NCBI GenBank assembly: GCA_965214975.1
Contig: OZ244055.1
Span: 3,239,448-3,303,447, forward strand
Direction of reading: 5' to 3'
From: Alphaproteobacteria bacterium
GTDB lineage: Bacteria > Pseudomonadota > Alphaproteobacteria > MPNO01 > UBA830
Length of the DNA: 64,000 bases
The notes below the pieces were generated by a model, which saw only the letters and a list, made by a program, of their open reading frames with translations, was not told the DNA's origin and searched no databases. The first letter of the stretch is position 1. Each line of letters starts with the position of its first letter. A program made the position numbers and the translations under genes. This document shows positions 9,090-19,648 of this stretch, piece after piece.

Positions 9090-9991
9090 GGCGCGGCCGG
9101 TCCCCCGCGCCGCGCCAACGGACCGCGAAGCCGCGCCGCGAGCAGGCATGCCGCGAAGACGGCGCCGGCGGCGGCCACGATCGCCGGTCCCGCGGGCACG
9201 TCCGGCAGCACCGCCGAGGCCGCCCCTCCGATCCAGCCCGAGAGTGCGCCGAAGATCCCCGCCAGAGCGAGCATCGGCGTCAGCCTCCGGGTCAGGAGAC
9301 GGGCCGCGGCGGGGGGGACGATGACGAGCGCGATGATCAGCACGAGGCCGACCGTCCGCAGCCCGATCACGACAACGGCGAGCGTCAGCCCGGTCATGAC
9401 GAGGTCGATCCGCGCCACGTTCCAGCCACCGGCGGCCGCGAAGGTCTCGTCGAACGCGACGACCCGGAATTCCTTGAGCAGCAGCGCGACGACGGCAATC
9501 ACCGCGAGCGACGCGCAGCCGATGAACCACGCCTCGCCGGACCGGAGCGTGGCGGCCGAGCCGAGGAGAAAGCCGTCGAGCCCCGCCCGCCCGCCCGCCT
9601 CGAGGGTCTGGACGTGGCTGAGCAGCACGATGCCGAGGCCGAAGAAGACGCTGAGAACGGATCCGATCGCGGTGTCCTCGGGGAGCCGGGTGCGATCCCG
9701 GATCCACCGCACCGCCAGGAGGCCGAGGACGCCGCACGAGGCGGCCCCCAGCATCAGGACCGGAAGGTTCCGGCCGCTGCCGCCCAGGGCCAGCGCGGCC
9801 AGGAAGCCGAGCGCCACGCCGGGGAGGGTGGCGTGGCTGATGGCGTCCGAGACGAGCGCCCGCCCGCGGAGGAGCGGAAACACCCCGGCGACGCCGGCGC
9901 CGGCGCCGAGAAGCAGGGCGCCCGCGAGCGCCGCCGAACTGTTGTGGCCGGCGGAGAAGAAGAGGGCCGCGAGCGCCTCGTCGAGCGGCAC
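9086..9991 (-). CDS. Metal chelate ABC transporter permease (SitC/TroC-like).
   Basis: 301 aa, 8-TM-type FecCD/ZnuB-family permease. GTG start, 4 nt after the ATPase stop. Confidence 0.8.
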   Translation of the reverse strand: MPLDEALAALFFSAGHNSSAALAGALLLGAGAGVAGVFPLLRGRALVSDAISHATLPGVALGFLAALALGGSGRNLPVLMLGAASCGVLGLLAVRWIRDRTRLPEDTAIGSVLSVFFGLGIVLLSHVQTLEAGGRAGLDGFLLGSAATLRSGEAWFIGCASLAVIAVVALLLKEFRVVAFDETFAAAGGWNVARIDLVMTGLTLAVVVIGLRTVGLVLIIALVIVPPAAARLLTRRLTPMLALAGIFGALSGWIGGAASAVLPDVPAGPAIVAAAGAVFAACLLAARLRGPLARRGGPAAP

Positions 9992-9995
9992 GGGC

Positions 9996-10790
9996 TCAGA
10001 TGCCGCCCGCCGCGGCGCGGATCTCGGGAGCGGCGAGGCGGCCGCCGTAGGCCGTCTGCAGGACGCTTTCGGTGAGGGTTCCGGGGATTCCGCCGGCGGC
10101 GACGGCGCGGACGTTCAGGACCAGCACGTGCTCGAAATACTCCGCCACCGTCTGCAGGTCGTGATGGACGCAGACCACCGCGGCGCCGTCGTCGCGCAAG
10201 CCTCGCAGGGTCTCGACGACGACGCCCTCGGTGGCGGCGTCGATGCCGGCGAAGGGCTCGTCCATCAGGTAGAGCCGGGCGTCCTGCGCGAGCGCCCGCG
10301 CGAGAAAGACGCGCTGGCGCTGGCCGCCCGACAGCTGGCCGATCTGGCGGTCGGCGAGGTCGGCCACGCCCATGCGGTCGAGGCACGCCCGCGCCGCCTC
10401 GCGGTGCCGCCGCCTGACCGGGCGGCACCAGCCGATGCGGCGGTAGAGCCCCATCGCGGCGACGTCGAGCGCCGATGCCGGAAAGTCGGGGTCGACGCCG
10501 CCGTGCTGGGGCACGTAGGCGATCTCGCCGCGGGCGCGCCGCGCGTCCCGGCCGTGGACGTGGACGGCGCCCGCGATCCGCGGCACGAGTCCGAGCGCGG
10601 AGGCGAGCAGCGTGGACTTGCCGGCGCCGTTGGGACCGATGACCGCCGACAGGGTGCGGTCGGGAACGTCGTGATCGACGTCCCACAAGGCGGGCTTGCC
10701 GTGGTAGGCCACGGTCAGCCCTCGGACGGAGAGCGCCGCGGCGCTTTCGGGAAGCCGCCGGGCGTCGGCGGCGTCGTGCGGGGGGTTCAT
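9996..10790 (-). CDS. Metal chelate ABC transporter ATP-binding protein (SitB/TroB/ZnuC-like).
   Basis: 264 aa with Walker A (GPNGAGKST), ABC signature (LSGGQRQR) and Walker B (LYLMDEPFAGID). Its ATG overlaps the SBP stop (ATGA). Confidence 0.85.
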   Translation of the reverse strand: MNPPHDAADARRLPESAAALSVRGLTVAYHGKPALWDVDHDVPDRTLSAVIGPNGAGKSTLLASALGLVPRIAGAVHVHGRDARRARGEIAYVPQHGGVDPDFPASALDVAAMGLYRRIGWCRPVRRRHREAARACLDRMGVADLADRQIGQLSGGQRQRVFLARALAQDARLYLMDEPFAGIDAATEGVVVETLRGLRDDGAAVVCVHHDLQTVAEYFEHVLVLNVRAVAAGGIPGTLTESVLQTAYGGRLAAPEIRAAAGGI

Positions 10791-11746
10791 CGGGACGCGT
10801 CCGCCTGCCGGGCGGCGAACCGGGACGGCGTCGTGCCGCCGAGCGCGCGGACGATCGTGCGAACGTTGTGGTCGAACATGCCGAGCCACGTGCCGGTCGG
10901 GTGCCCCGGCGGGCCGAGGGCGTCGGAAAACAGCGTGCCGCCGACGACCGCCCGGTGTCCGCGCGCGGCCGCGCCCTCGACGAGCGCGGCGACGCTTCGT
11001 CCGGAAACGCTGGTCTCGACGAAGACGGCGCCGATCCGGCGGGCGACGAGGACGCCGACGAGCTCCTCGATCCGCCGCAGCCCGGGCTCGGTCTCGGTGC
11101 TGGCGCCCTGCACGGCGAGCACCTCGAGTCCGTAGGCACGGCCGAAATAGCCGAAGGCGTCGTGGGCGGTGACGAGCACCCGGGCGCGACGGGGGATGGA
11201 GGCGACCGCCTCGCGGGCTTTCGCGTCGGCCTTCGCCATCTCCGCGAAATACGCCGCCGCACGCTTCCGGTAGAAGGCCGCGTTCGCCGGGTCGAGCCGT
11301 TCGAGGGCGTCGACGGCGGCCCCGAGAGCGCGGCTCCAGAGCGCCGGATCCATCCAGACGTGCGGGTCGCGGGCGTCGCCGCGGAACGCGATCAGGTTTC
11401 GCGACGGCAGGGTCTCGGCGATCGCGACGACCGGCTTCTCGCGCGACAGCCGGTCCATCGTCTCCCGCATCTGCGCTTCGAGGTGAAGGCCGTTCCAGAC
11501 GATCAGGCGTGCCCGGCGCAGCGCGACGACGTCCGAGCGCGTCAGCCGGTGGAGATGCGGGTCGACGCCGGCGCCCATCAGCGTCCGCACGGGGATCCGT
11601 CCGCCGGCGATGCGGCCGAGCGGTTCGCCGATCTGGGCGATGGTGGCGACCACCCCGCCGTCCGGGGGCGGTTCCGCCGTCGCGCCCGCCGCCCCGAGAA
11701 GGACCGCCCCGGCCGCCGCCAGCGCGATCCGCCTTCCCGTTTCCAT
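10787..11746 (-). CDS. Metal ABC transporter substrate-binding protein (cluster A-I TroA/SitA/MntC type).
   Basis: 319 aa with a signal peptide (METGRRIALAAAGAVLLGAAGA) and metal-ligand regions DPHVWMDP and TAHDAFGYF. It lacks the His-rich ZnuA loop. The gene order SBP-ATPase-permease-permease matches SitABCD/TroABCD. Confidence 0.85.
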   Translation of the reverse strand: METGRRIALAAAGAVLLGAAGATAEPPPDGGVVATIAQIGEPLGRIAGGRIPVRTLMGAGVDPHLHRLTRSDVVALRRARLIVWNGLHLEAQMRETMDRLSREKPVVAIAETLPSRNLIAFRGDARDPHVWMDPALWSRALGAAVDALERLDPANAAFYRKRAAAYFAEMAKADAKAREAVASIPRRARVLVTAHDAFGYFGRAYGLEVLAVQGASTETEPGLRRIEELVGVLVARRIGAVFVETSVSGRSVAALVEGAAARGHRAVVGGTLFSDALGPPGHPTGTWLGMFDHNVRTIVRALGGTTPSRFAARQADASR

Positions 11747-11796
11747 GCCGCTCCCGTCCGATGCCGTCGCGGAGACTATGCCGACCCCGCCCGACT

Positions 11797-11860
11797 TTGC
11801 AACCGCTAATATAGTGAATCACGGCTAAGAATATTAGCCCAAGCTAATATTTTCCGGGAA
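11797..11860. promoter_or_regulatory. AT-rich operator-like element in the divergent sitA / semialdehyde-dehydrogenase promoter region.
   Basis: TTGCAACCGCTAATATAGTGAATCACGGCTAAGAATATTAGCCCAAGCTAATATTTT is about 35% GC in a 70%-GC locus. GCTAATAT occurs twice and there are inverted repeats GCTAA-gaata-TTAGC and GTGA-a-TCAC. This is a candidate Fur-family (Mur/Zur) or MntR binding site. Confidence 0.35.
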
Positions 11861-11930
11861 ATTCCGTAGCCCCTAAAACCGTCGCCGCCGCGGTGCTATA
11901 ACGCCCGAAAAGGCAACGGGAGGCTTGGCG

Positions 11931-13409
11931 GTGGCAGGCGACGCGAAAGGCAACGTGCGGGAGCTGAAGAACTTCGTCGGCGGCGGGTTCGTCGAGGGAG
12001 GCGGCGTCTTCGAGAACGTGACGCCGGTGGACGGCACGCTTCTGTCGCGCGTTCACGAAGCGACCCGGGCGGTCGTGGACCGGGCCGTCGAGGCCGCCCG
12101 CGAAGCCTACCGGGGCGCCTGGGGCCGCATGCCGGTGGCCGAGCGTTGCGCCCTCCTGCACGATGTCGCCGACGCCATCGACGCGCGTGCCGACGAGTTC
12201 GTCGAGGCCGAGTGCCGGGACACCGGCAAGCCGCGCTCGCTCGCGAGCCACGTCGACATCCCGCGCGGCGCGGCGAACTTCCGCGTCTTCGCCGACCTGA
12301 TCAAGTCCGTCGGCACCGAGGCCTTCCAGCAGGACACGCCCGACGGCGCGGGCGCCGTCAACTATTCGGTGCGCCAGCCCCACGGCGTGGTCGGCGTCAT
12401 CAGCCCGTGGAACCTTCCGCTCCTGCTGTCGACCTGGAAGATCGCCCCGGCGATGGCCTCGGGCAACGCCGTGATCCTCAAGCCGTCCGAGGAGACGCCG
12501 ACGACCGCCACGCTGCTCGCCGAGGCGATGAGGGACGCCGGCGTGCCCGACGGCGCGTTCAACCTCGTGCACGGCTTCGGGCCGGACTCGGCGGGCGAGT
12601 TCCTCAGCACCCATCGCGGCGTCGACGCCATCACCTTCACGGGCGAGACCGCGACCGGAAGCGCCATCATGCGGGCGGCCGCCGACAACATAAAGGCGCT
12701 CTCCTTCGAGCTCGGGGGCAAGAATCCCGCCATCGTCTTCGCCGACGCGGATTTCGACGCGGCCCTCGAGGGCACGGTGCGTTCGGTGTTCGCGAACTGC
12801 GGGCAGGTCTGCCTCTGCTCGGAGCGGGTCTACGTCGAGCGACGCATCTTCGACGAGTTCGTGTCGGCGCTGGCCGCCGAGGCCCGGAGCATGAAGCTCG
12901 GCCGGCCCGAGGATCCGGAGACGCGGATGGGGCCGCTGATCAGCAGGGCGCACCGCGACAAGGTCACGGGCTACTACGCGCTCGCGCGGGAACTCGGCGC
13001 CGAGGTCGTCGCCGGTGGCGGGATTCCGGAGTTCGGGGACGAGCGCGACGACGGCGCGTATGTCGAGCCCACCGTCCTCGCCGGACTGTCCGAGGAATCG
13101 CGCGTCCAGAAGGAGGAGATCTTCGGCCCGGTCTGCCACGTCACGCCGTTCGACGACGAGGACGAGGCCGTGGCGATGGCCAACGACACCGAGTACGGTC
13201 TCGCCTCGACGGTGTGGACCACCAACCTCGCGCGCGGCCATCGCGTCGCGCAGCGCATGGAGGCCGGCATCAACTGGGTCAACTGCTGGTTCCTGCGCGA
13301 TCTCAGGACGCCGTTCGGCGGCATGGGCCTTTCGGGCTTCGGGCGCGAGGGCGGCCAGCATGCCCTGAACTTCTATTCCGAACCGAAGAACATCTGCATC
13401 AAGCTCTAG
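11931..13409 (+). CDS. 2-hydroxymuconic (or 2-aminomuconic) semialdehyde dehydrogenase, XylG/DmpC/AmnC family aldehyde dehydrogenase.
   Basis: The N-terminus [13 protein letters not shown]... and the C-terminus ...[12 protein letters not shown] are typical of this subfamily. Catalytic Cys ([12 protein letters not shown]) and Glu (ELGGKNP) are present. The start is assigned to the GTG at 11931, 7 nt after GGGAGG; the track TTG at 11925 is too close to the Shine-Dalgarno. Confidence 0.85.
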   Translation: MAGDAKGNVRELKNFVGGGFVEGGGVFENVTPVDGTLLSRVHEATRAVVDRAVEAAREAYRGAWGRMPVAERCALLHDVADAIDARADEFVEAECRDTGKPRSLASHVDIPRGAANFRVFADLIKSVGTEAFQQDTPDGAGAVNYSVRQPHGVVGVISPWNLPLLLSTWKIAPAMASGNAVILKPSEETPTTATLLAEAMRDAGVPDGAFNLVHGFGPDSAGEFLSTHRGVDAITFTGETATGSAIMRAAADNIKALSFELGGKNPAIVFADADFDAALEGTVRSVFANCGQVCLCSERVYVERRIFDEFVSALAAEARSMKLGRPEDPETRMGPLISRAHRDKVTGYYALARELGAEVVAGGGIPEFGDERDDGAYVEPTVLAGLSEESRVQKEEIFGPVCHVTPFDDEDEAVAMANDTEYGLASTVWTTNLARGHRVAQRMEAGINWVNCWFLRDLRTPFGGMGLSGFGREGGQHALNFYSEPKNICIKL

Positions 13410-13419
13410 GGAACCGCTC

Positions 13420-14229
13420 ATGACGACCGCGAAGGACAGGGCCGTCGAGAACGCCGCGCGGCGGATCCGCCAGGCCTGGAAGAACGGCAAGACCACCCGG
13501 CCCGTCCGGGGCGCGTTCCGCGCGGGCGACGTCGACGCCGCCTACGCCGTCCAGAAGACCAACACCGACATCTGGATCCGGGAAGGCCGCCGCGTGATCG
13601 GCCGCAAGATCGGGCTGACCGCCAAGGCGGTCCAGGTCCAGCTTGGCGTCGACCAGCCGGACTACGGCGTGATCTTCGCGGACATGGCGGTCACCGACGG
13701 CGACGAGATCCCGTTCTCCGCCGTGAGCCAGCCCCGCGCCGAGGCCGAGGTCGCGCTCGTGCTCGACGACGATCTGGCGACGGAGCGGATCACGCTTCTC
13801 GACGTGCTCCACGCCACCGCCTACGCCCTGCCGGCGATCGAGGTGGTCGGCAGCCGCATCGCCAAATGGGACATCGGCATCGTCGACACCATCGCCGACA
13901 ACGCCTCGTCCGGGATGATCGTGCTCGGCACGCGGCCGGTCGCGCTCGCCGACCTAGATCTCAGGCTCTGCGGAATGGTGATGGAGAACAACGGCGCGCA
14001 GGTGTCCCTCGGCGCCGGCGCCGCCTGCCTCGGAAATCCGCTGAACGCCGCGGTCTGGCTGGCCCGCAGGATGGTCGAGGTCGGCATGCCGCTCGCGGCC
14101 GGCGACGTCATCATGACGGGCGCGCTCGGACCGATGGCCCCGGTCTCGCCCGGCGATGTCGTGGAGGCGCGGATCTCGGGCCTGGGAAGCGTGCGCGCCG
14201 CGTTCTCCGGACAGGAGAACGGCCGATGA
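13420..14229 (+). CDS. 2-keto-4-pentenoate (2-oxopent-4-enoate) hydratase (MhpD/XylJ/DmpE family).
   Basis: 269 aa of the fumarylacetoacetate-hydrolase-like hydratase/decarboxylase family, paralogous to the 4-oxalocrotonate decarboxylase further downstream. Confidence 0.85.
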   Translation: MTTAKDRAVENAARRIRQAWKNGKTTRPVRGAFRAGDVDAAYAVQKTNTDIWIREGRRVIGRKIGLTAKAVQVQLGVDQPDYGVIFADMAVTDGDEIPFSAVSQPRAEAEVALVLDDDLATERITLLDVLHATAYALPAIEVVGSRIAKWDIGIVDTIADNASSGMIVLGTRPVALADLDLRLCGMVMENNGAQVSLGAGAACLGNPLNAAVWLARRMVEVGMPLAAGDVIMTGALGPMAPVSPGDVVEARISGLGSVRAAFSGQENGR

Positions 14230-15170
14230 CGGCGGACAGGACGAAGGTCGCGATCGTCGGCTCCGGGAACATCGGAACCGACCTGATGATGAAGATCGTG
14301 CGCACGTCGGAGATCCTGGAGATGGCCGCGCTGGTCGGGATCGACCCCGGTTCGGACGGCCTCGCGCGGGCCCGGGGCCTTGGAGTCGCGACCACCCACG
14401 AGGGAATCGACGGTCTCGCGAAAATGCCCGAGTGGAACGACATCGCGCTCGTGTTCGACGCCACCTCGGCCGGCGCGCACCGCCGCAACGCCGAGGTCTG
14501 CGGGGAGCACGGCAAGATCGTGATCGACCTCACGCCGGCGGCGACCGGACCCTACGTGGTTCCGGTCGTCAACGTCGAGGAGCATCTCGACGCGCCCGAC
14601 ATCAACATGGTCTCCTGCGGCGGCCAGGCCACGGTGCCGATCGTCCATGCCGTCAACTCGGTGTCGAAGGTCCGCTACGCCGAGATCGTCGCCTCGATCT
14701 CGTCGCGGTCGGCGGGGCCGGGCACCCGCGCCAACATCGACGAATTCACCGAGACCACGTCGCGGGGGCTCGAGGTCGTCGGCGGCGCCGAGCAGGGCAA
14801 GGCCATCATCATCCTCAACCCGGCGGAGCCGCCGCTCGCGATGCGCGACACCGTCTACACCCTGTCGGACGAGACCGAGACCGCCGCCATAGCGGACTCC
14901 GTGGCCCGCATGGTCGAGGAGGTCCGCGGCTACGTGCCGGGCTACCGCCTCAAGCAGGAGGTGCAGTTCGAGCGGTTCGGCTCGAACAACCCGCTCCACA
15001 TTCCGGGCCGCGGGGATTTCGAGGGCGTCAAGTCTTCCGTCTTCCTCGAGGTCGAGGGCGCGGGGCACTACCTGCCGACCTATGCCGGCAATCTCGACAT
15101 CATGACCTCGGCCGCCATGCGCACCGGCGAGCGGGTGGCGGAGAACCGGGATACCTCCCGTGACCGTTGA
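14226..15170 (+). CDS. Acetaldehyde dehydrogenase (acetylating) (MhpF/DmpF/XylQ family).
   Basis: 314 aa, [24 protein letters not shown]... The ATG overlaps the hydratase stop (ATGA). The track fuses it to an upstream antisense frame. Confidence 0.9.
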   Translation: MTADRTKVAIVGSGNIGTDLMMKIVRTSEILEMAALVGIDPGSDGLARARGLGVATTHEGIDGLAKMPEWNDIALVFDATSAGAHRRNAEVCGEHGKIVIDLTPAATGPYVVPVVNVEEHLDAPDINMVSCGGQATVPIVHAVNSVSKVRYAEIVASISSRSAGPGTRANIDEFTETTSRGLEVVGGAEQGKAIIILNPAEPPLAMRDTVYTLSDETETAAIADSVARMVEEVRGYVPGYRLKQEVQFERFGSNNPLHIPGRGDFEGVKSSVFLEVEGAGHYLPTYAGNLDIMTSAAMRTGERVAENRDTSRDR

Positions 15171-16227
15171 CCCCGGCCGCCGGATCTACGTGCAGGACGT
15201 CACGCTCCGCGACGGCATGCACGCCATCCGCCACCAGTACGGGCTCGACCGCGTGGCGGCGATCTGCAAGGCGCTCGACGACGCCCGGGTCGCCTCGGTG
15301 GAGGTCGCCCACGGCGACGGCCTGTCGGGCATGTCCTTCAACTACGGCTTCGCCAGGGAGACCGATCTCGACTACCTCGCGGCGGCCGCGGACGCGCTCG
15401 AGCACGCGAAGCTCGCGACGCTCCTGCTCCCCGGCATCGGGACGGTCCACGACCTGCGCGAGGCCTACGAGGCCGGGGCCCGGTCCGTCCGCATCGCGAC
15501 CCACTGCACGGAGGCCGACATCTCGAGGCAGCACATCGAGTTCGCCCGCAACCTCGGCATGGACGTCGCGGGTTTCCTGATGATGGCGCACATGAACCCG
15601 CCGGGCCCGCTCGCGGCCCAGGCGAAGCTGATGGAGGAATACGGCGCGCATTGCGTCTACGTGACCGATTCCGGGGGCGCGCTGCTGCCCCGCGACGTGG
15701 CGGAGCGCTTCGCCGCGTTCAACGACGTGCTGTCACCCGGAACCGAGACCGGCATCCACGCCCACCACAACCTGTCGTTCGGCGTGGCCAACTCGATCGT
15801 GGCGCTCGAGCACGGCGCGATCCGCGTCGACGCGTCGCTGGCCGGCATGGGGGCCGGCGCCGGAAACTGCCCGCTCGAGATCTTCGTCGCCGTCGCCGAC
15901 CGCATGGGCCTCGACCACGGCTGCGACCTGTTCGTTCTCATGGACGCGGCCGAGGAGCTGGTGCGGCCGCTTCAGGACCGGCCGGTCCGGGTCGACCGCG
16001 AGACCCTCGCGCTCGGCTACGCGGGCGTGTATTCGAGCTTTCTGCGCCACGCCGAGACGGCCGCCGCCACCTACGGCATCGACACCCGGGACATTCTCGT
16101 CGAGCTCGGGCGCCGGCGCATGGTCGGAGGCCAGGAGGACATGATCGTCGACGTGGCGCTCGACATCGTCAAGGAACGCGAGAACGGCGCGCCCCGCGCG
16201 CCGGTCGATCAGGGGAGGCCGGGATGA
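15160..16227 (+). CDS. 4-hydroxy-2-oxovalerate aldolase (MhpE/DmpG/XylK family).
   Basis: 355 aa, [27 protein letters not shown]..., the DmpG-type N-terminus. GTG start overlapping the previous gene by 11 nt. Confidence 0.9.
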   Translation: MTVDPGRRIYVQDVTLRDGMHAIRHQYGLDRVAAICKALDDARVASVEVAHGDGLSGMSFNYGFARETDLDYLAAAADALEHAKLATLLLPGIGTVHDLREAYEAGARSVRIATHCTEADISRQHIEFARNLGMDVAGFLMMAHMNPPGPLAAQAKLMEEYGAHCVYVTDSGGALLPRDVAERFAAFNDVLSPGTETGIHAHHNLSFGVANSIVALEHGAIRVDASLAGMGAGAGNCPLEIFVAVADRMGLDHGCDLFVLMDAAEELVRPLQDRPVRVDRETLALGYAGVYSSFLRHAETAAATYGIDTRDILVELGRRRMVGGQEDMIVDVALDIVKERENGAPRAPVDQGRPG

Positions 16228-16991
16228 CCGACTGGGCCGGAATGGCCGGAAAGCTGGACGACGCGGCGTCGGGGGCGCGCGCCATCGCGCAGTTCTCGGA
16301 CCGGACGGAATACGCCCTCGAGGACGCCTACCGGGTGCAGAAGCAGGTGATCGCCTGCCGGCTCAGGCGCGGCGAGAGGCGCTGCGGCATGAAGATGGGC
16401 TTCACCAGCCGCGCCAAGATGGCGCAGATGGGCATCGCCGACATGTGCTGGGGCCGCCTGACCGACGGCATGATCGTCGAGGACGGCGACACGGTGCCGC
16501 TGTCGCGCTACGTCCATCCGCGGGTCGAGCCCGAGATCGCCTTTCTTCTCCGGAAACGGCTGACGTTCCCCTGCACCGCCGCCGCCGCCATGGCCGCCGT
16601 GGACGGCGTGGCGCCGGCCATCGAGATCATCGATTCCCGCTACCGGAACTTCCGGTTCTCGCTGGAGGACGTGGTCGCGGACAACGCCTCGTCCTCGGGC
16701 TTCGTGGTCGGACCGTGGCAGCCGCCCGGCACCGATCTCGGCAATCTCGGGATGATCCTGGAGTTCGACTTCAGGCCGGTGCAGATCGGTTCCTCGGCCG
16801 CGATTCTCGGCCATCCGGCGCGCTCGCTGGTGGCCGCGGCGCGGCTCGCCGCGGAAGCCGAGGAGATTCTCCAGCCGGGCTGGATCGTCATGGCGGGCGG
16901 CGCGACCGCGGCGGAGGCGCTGCGCCCCGGAATCCACGTGCGCAACAGCGTGGAGGCTCTCGGGAGCGTCTCGTTCTCGGTCACCGAATAG
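16224..16991 (+). CDS. 4-oxalocrotonate decarboxylase (XylI/DmpH/AmnE family).
   Basis: 255 aa beginning [21 protein letters not shown]..., of the hydratase/decarboxylase family. The ATG overlaps the aldolase stop (ATGA). Confidence 0.8.
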   Translation: MTDWAGMAGKLDDAASGARAIAQFSDRTEYALEDAYRVQKQVIACRLRRGERRCGMKMGFTSRAKMAQMGIADMCWGRLTDGMIVEDGDTVPLSRYVHPRVEPEIAFLLRKRLTFPCTAAAAMAAVDGVAPAIEIIDSRYRNFRFSLEDVVADNASSSGFVVGPWQPPGTDLGNLGMILEFDFRPVQIGSSAAILGHPARSLVAAARLAAEAEEILQPGWIVMAGGATAAEALRPGIHVRNSVEALGSVSFSVTE

Positions 16992-17017
16992 GCCGCCGCG
17001 ACCGGGAGGGCAGCGGA

Positions 17018-17848
17018 ATGGATGGAACGCTCGAACGCCTGGCGGGCCCGGAGGAGATCCGCGCCTATCGCGAGGACGGCGCCGCCCGGATCCGCGGTGT
17101 GATCGACGCGCACTGGCTCGGCGTGCTCGCGGACGCCGTCGACGAGGCCGTCGCCTCGCCGAGCGGATTCGCGAAGGACTACGCGCCCGAGGGCGCGCCG
17201 CGGTACTTCACGGACCACCGGCTGTTCAACCGCTTCGAGGGGTTCCGCAGGTTCCTGTTCGAGGGGCCCCTGCCGCGGCTCGCGGCGGAGATCCTGGGCT
17301 CCTCGCGCGTCGACCTCTACGACGAGCACCTCCTGATCAAGGAGGCGGGAACCCCGACGCCCACCCACTGGCACCACGACATGCCGTACTTCTCGATCGA
17401 CGGCGACGATCTCGTCAGCGTCTGGTTCTCGCTCGATCCGGTCACCCGGGACACCGGCGCGCTGCGTTTCGCCAGGGGATCGCACAGATGGGGCAAGCTC
17501 TACCAGCCGGTCAGGATCGGCCTCAACGATCCGGTCGCCGGGTTCGACCGGGACGATCTGGTCGCGGAGGTGCCGGACATCGACGCGGATCCCGTCCGGT
17601 ATCCGACGGTGATGCTGGAGGCCGACCCCGGCGACGTCATCGTTTTCCACGGGCTCGCGCTGCATGCCTCGGGGCCCAACAAGCGTTCGGACGTCAGCCG
17701 GCGGGCGGTGTCCTACCGCTTCGCGGGGGACGACATCCGCTGGAGGAACCGGTCGGAGAAGCCGCTGATCTTCAAGCGCAGCCTGAACGACGGCGATCCG
17801 CTGTCGCTGATCGCCGACGAATGCCCGCAGGTGTGGCCGCAGGCCTGA
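17018..17848 (+). CDS. Phytanoyl-CoA dioxygenase (PhyH) family Fe(II)/2-oxoglutarate oxygenase.
   Basis: 276 aa with PhyH-type motifs (HWHHDMPYF, FHGLALHASGPN). ATG at 17018, 7 nt after GGGAGGG. It is the last gene of the + strand operon. Confidence 0.8.
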   Translation: MDGTLERLAGPEEIRAYREDGAARIRGVIDAHWLGVLADAVDEAVASPSGFAKDYAPEGAPRYFTDHRLFNRFEGFRRFLFEGPLPRLAAEILGSSRVDLYDEHLLIKEAGTPTPTHWHHDMPYFSIDGDDLVSVWFSLDPVTRDTGALRFARGSHRWGKLYQPVRIGLNDPVAGFDRDDLVAEVPDIDADPVRYPTVMLEADPGDVIVFHGLALHASGPNKRSDVSRRAVSYRFAGDDIRWRNRSEKPLIFKRSLNDGDPLSLIADECPQVWPQA

Positions 17849-18378
17849 CGGTCTCGGGGCAAAATTCGCGGCCCGCAGCCGGTTCGTCCCGCGACTTCCC
17901 GCGGTTTCCGGTCGGGCGAACGGACCCGCGGGGTCGCGCCCCTGCCGTCGGCTCCCCGCTGTCGGCTTCACGCGGAGAAGCGGGCGTCGTCCGGGCCGCT
18001 TGCGGGACTCCCGGACCGGGAACATCGAATGCCGAAACGGCCCCTCCGGGGTCCGCGGCGAAGGGGACGCCGTGCCGTTCCCGCCCCGGCCGGGACATGG
18101 CCCGGACGTTCCGGTCTGCCGTGCGGCCGCTTCCGGAACGCGACCCCGCCGGGAGCGGCTCTTTCCGATCCGGGCGCCGATTTCCAGGGCGACCCCCTCG
18201 GGTCGACGAACGGAACCGGTCCGGCAGACCGGTCGTCCGGCATCCGGCAGGGATTGATCCGATCCGGCGGCCGGCCCATGATCTGCCGCGCGATGCATGA
18301 TCCCGGCGCTTGATCACGTCGCATTCCTGTCCGAAGCTGCAGCGCGTTGCACCGGACGCCGCCGTTCGCGAGGAACCG

Positions 18379-19443
18379 ATGCCGGACAGGGACCGCTGGT
18401 CCGAACCGCGGGAGCAGGACTTCAGGATCGCGGGTTTCCGGTTCGGCAGCGGCGAGACGCTTGACGAGCTGCGCCTGCACTGCAAGACGCTTGGTGCGCC
18501 GCGGTCTGCCCCGGACGGTTCGATCGGCAATGCGGTGCTGCTGCTCCACAACACGACGGGGTCGAGCCGGACCTGGCTCGAGCCCGCGATGGCGGACCAT
18601 CTGTTCGGACCCGGCCAGCCGCTCGATCTCGGGACATGCTACGTGATCGTTCCCGACATGATCGGCTTCGGAAGGTCGAGCAAGCCCAGCGACGGGCTGC
18701 GCACCCGGTTTCCCCGTTACCGCTATGACGACATGGTGGCCCTGACGCACCGGCTGCTCACGGAGGAGCTCGGCGTCGAGCGTCTGGCGCTTCTTGTCGG
18801 CATCTCGATGGGCGGCATGCTGGCCTGGCTCTATGGCGGCCGCCATCCCGGTTTCGTCGAGCGTCTGGTGCCGGTTGCGTCGCAGCCGGGCCCCATGAGC
18901 GGACGCAACTGGATGCAGCGCCGCATTTCCATCGAGGCGATCCGCAACGATCCCGAGTGGAAAGACGGGAACTACGAGACGAATCCCTCGCGCTACGTGT
19001 TTGCAGCGCCGCTGGGCGGACTCTTCGTCCAGAGCGTCGTGCGTCTGCAGGAAAAGGCGCCAACGCGCGCGGCGGGCGATGCGCTGTACCGGCGGATGGT
19101 CGACCGGGCCAGGAAGGGAGACGCGAACGACCGGCTTTACCAGCTCGAGGCGTCCATGGACTACGATCCGTCCCCTCTGCTTGATCGCGTCAGGGCGCGG
19201 GTTCTGGCGATCAACTTCGAGGACGACGAACTGAATCCACCGCAACTGGGCACCCTGGAGCCTGTCATCTCCGGCATTCCCGGCGCCGAAAGCGTTCTCG
19301 TCCCGGCGGGCGCCGAGACCAACGGGCATTATTCCACGCTGCTCCCGCATCTCTGGGCGCCCCACCTGTCGGAATTCCTGAACCGGGTCTGGCCCTCGAA
19401 GTCCGCTCCTCGGTCCTCGCACCCGGTCGGAGCGGTTCCGTGA
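18379..19443 (+). CDS. Alpha/beta hydrolase of the homoserine O-acetyltransferase (MetX)-like family.
   Basis: It has the MetX-like N-terminus (...FRFGSGETLDELRLHCKTLG...AVLLLHNTTGSS) and a nucleophile elbow GISMGG. The start was moved to the ATG at 18379 with a GAGGAA Shine-Dalgarno; the track TTG at 18310 is also possible. Confidence 0.7.
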   Translation: MPDRDRWSEPREQDFRIAGFRFGSGETLDELRLHCKTLGAPRSAPDGSIGNAVLLLHNTTGSSRTWLEPAMADHLFGPGQPLDLGTCYVIVPDMIGFGRSSKPSDGLRTRFPRYRYDDMVALTHRLLTEELGVERLALLVGISMGGMLAWLYGGRHPGFVERLVPVASQPGPMSGRNWMQRRISIEAIRNDPEWKDGNYETNPSRYVFAAPLGGLFVQSVVRLQEKAPTRAAGDALYRRMVDRARKGDANDRLYQLEASMDYDPSPLLDRVRARVLAINFEDDELNPPQLGTLEPVISGIPGAESVLVPAGAETNGHYSTLLPHLWAPHLSEFLNRVWPSKSAPRSSHPVGAVP

Positions 19444-19648
19444 GGCCCGGGCAACGCCGCGACCGTTGCGCGATCGTCGGTCGTCCATGCGGTGCCGCCC
19501 GGCAAGGATCCCGGCCTGACCATCGGGGTTCCCCACGGCCCCGCGGTCGAAGCCGCGACGGAGCGCGGGTTCGCCGTGCATTCGCCTGGTGCGAGGCGGC
19601 TCTGCCGCTTCCGTTGCCTCTTCAGGCAAGGCAATCGCGCTTCAAACG

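Noticed and set aside
9086-9991. An apparent 1-nt frame inconsistency when hand-indexing the start/stop codons of some minus-strand genes (around 9991 and 33082).
   Set aside because: Most likely my own position counting error within a line rather than a real frameshift. The track translations are contiguous and match the hand translation, so no pseudogene or frameshift is claimed.
17849-18378. A 530-bp GC-rich intergenic gap between the PhyH-like gene and the hydrolase, as a possible ncRNA.
   Set aside because: I found no structure or conservation evidence that I can assess by eye. There are only short spurious ORFs on both strands.
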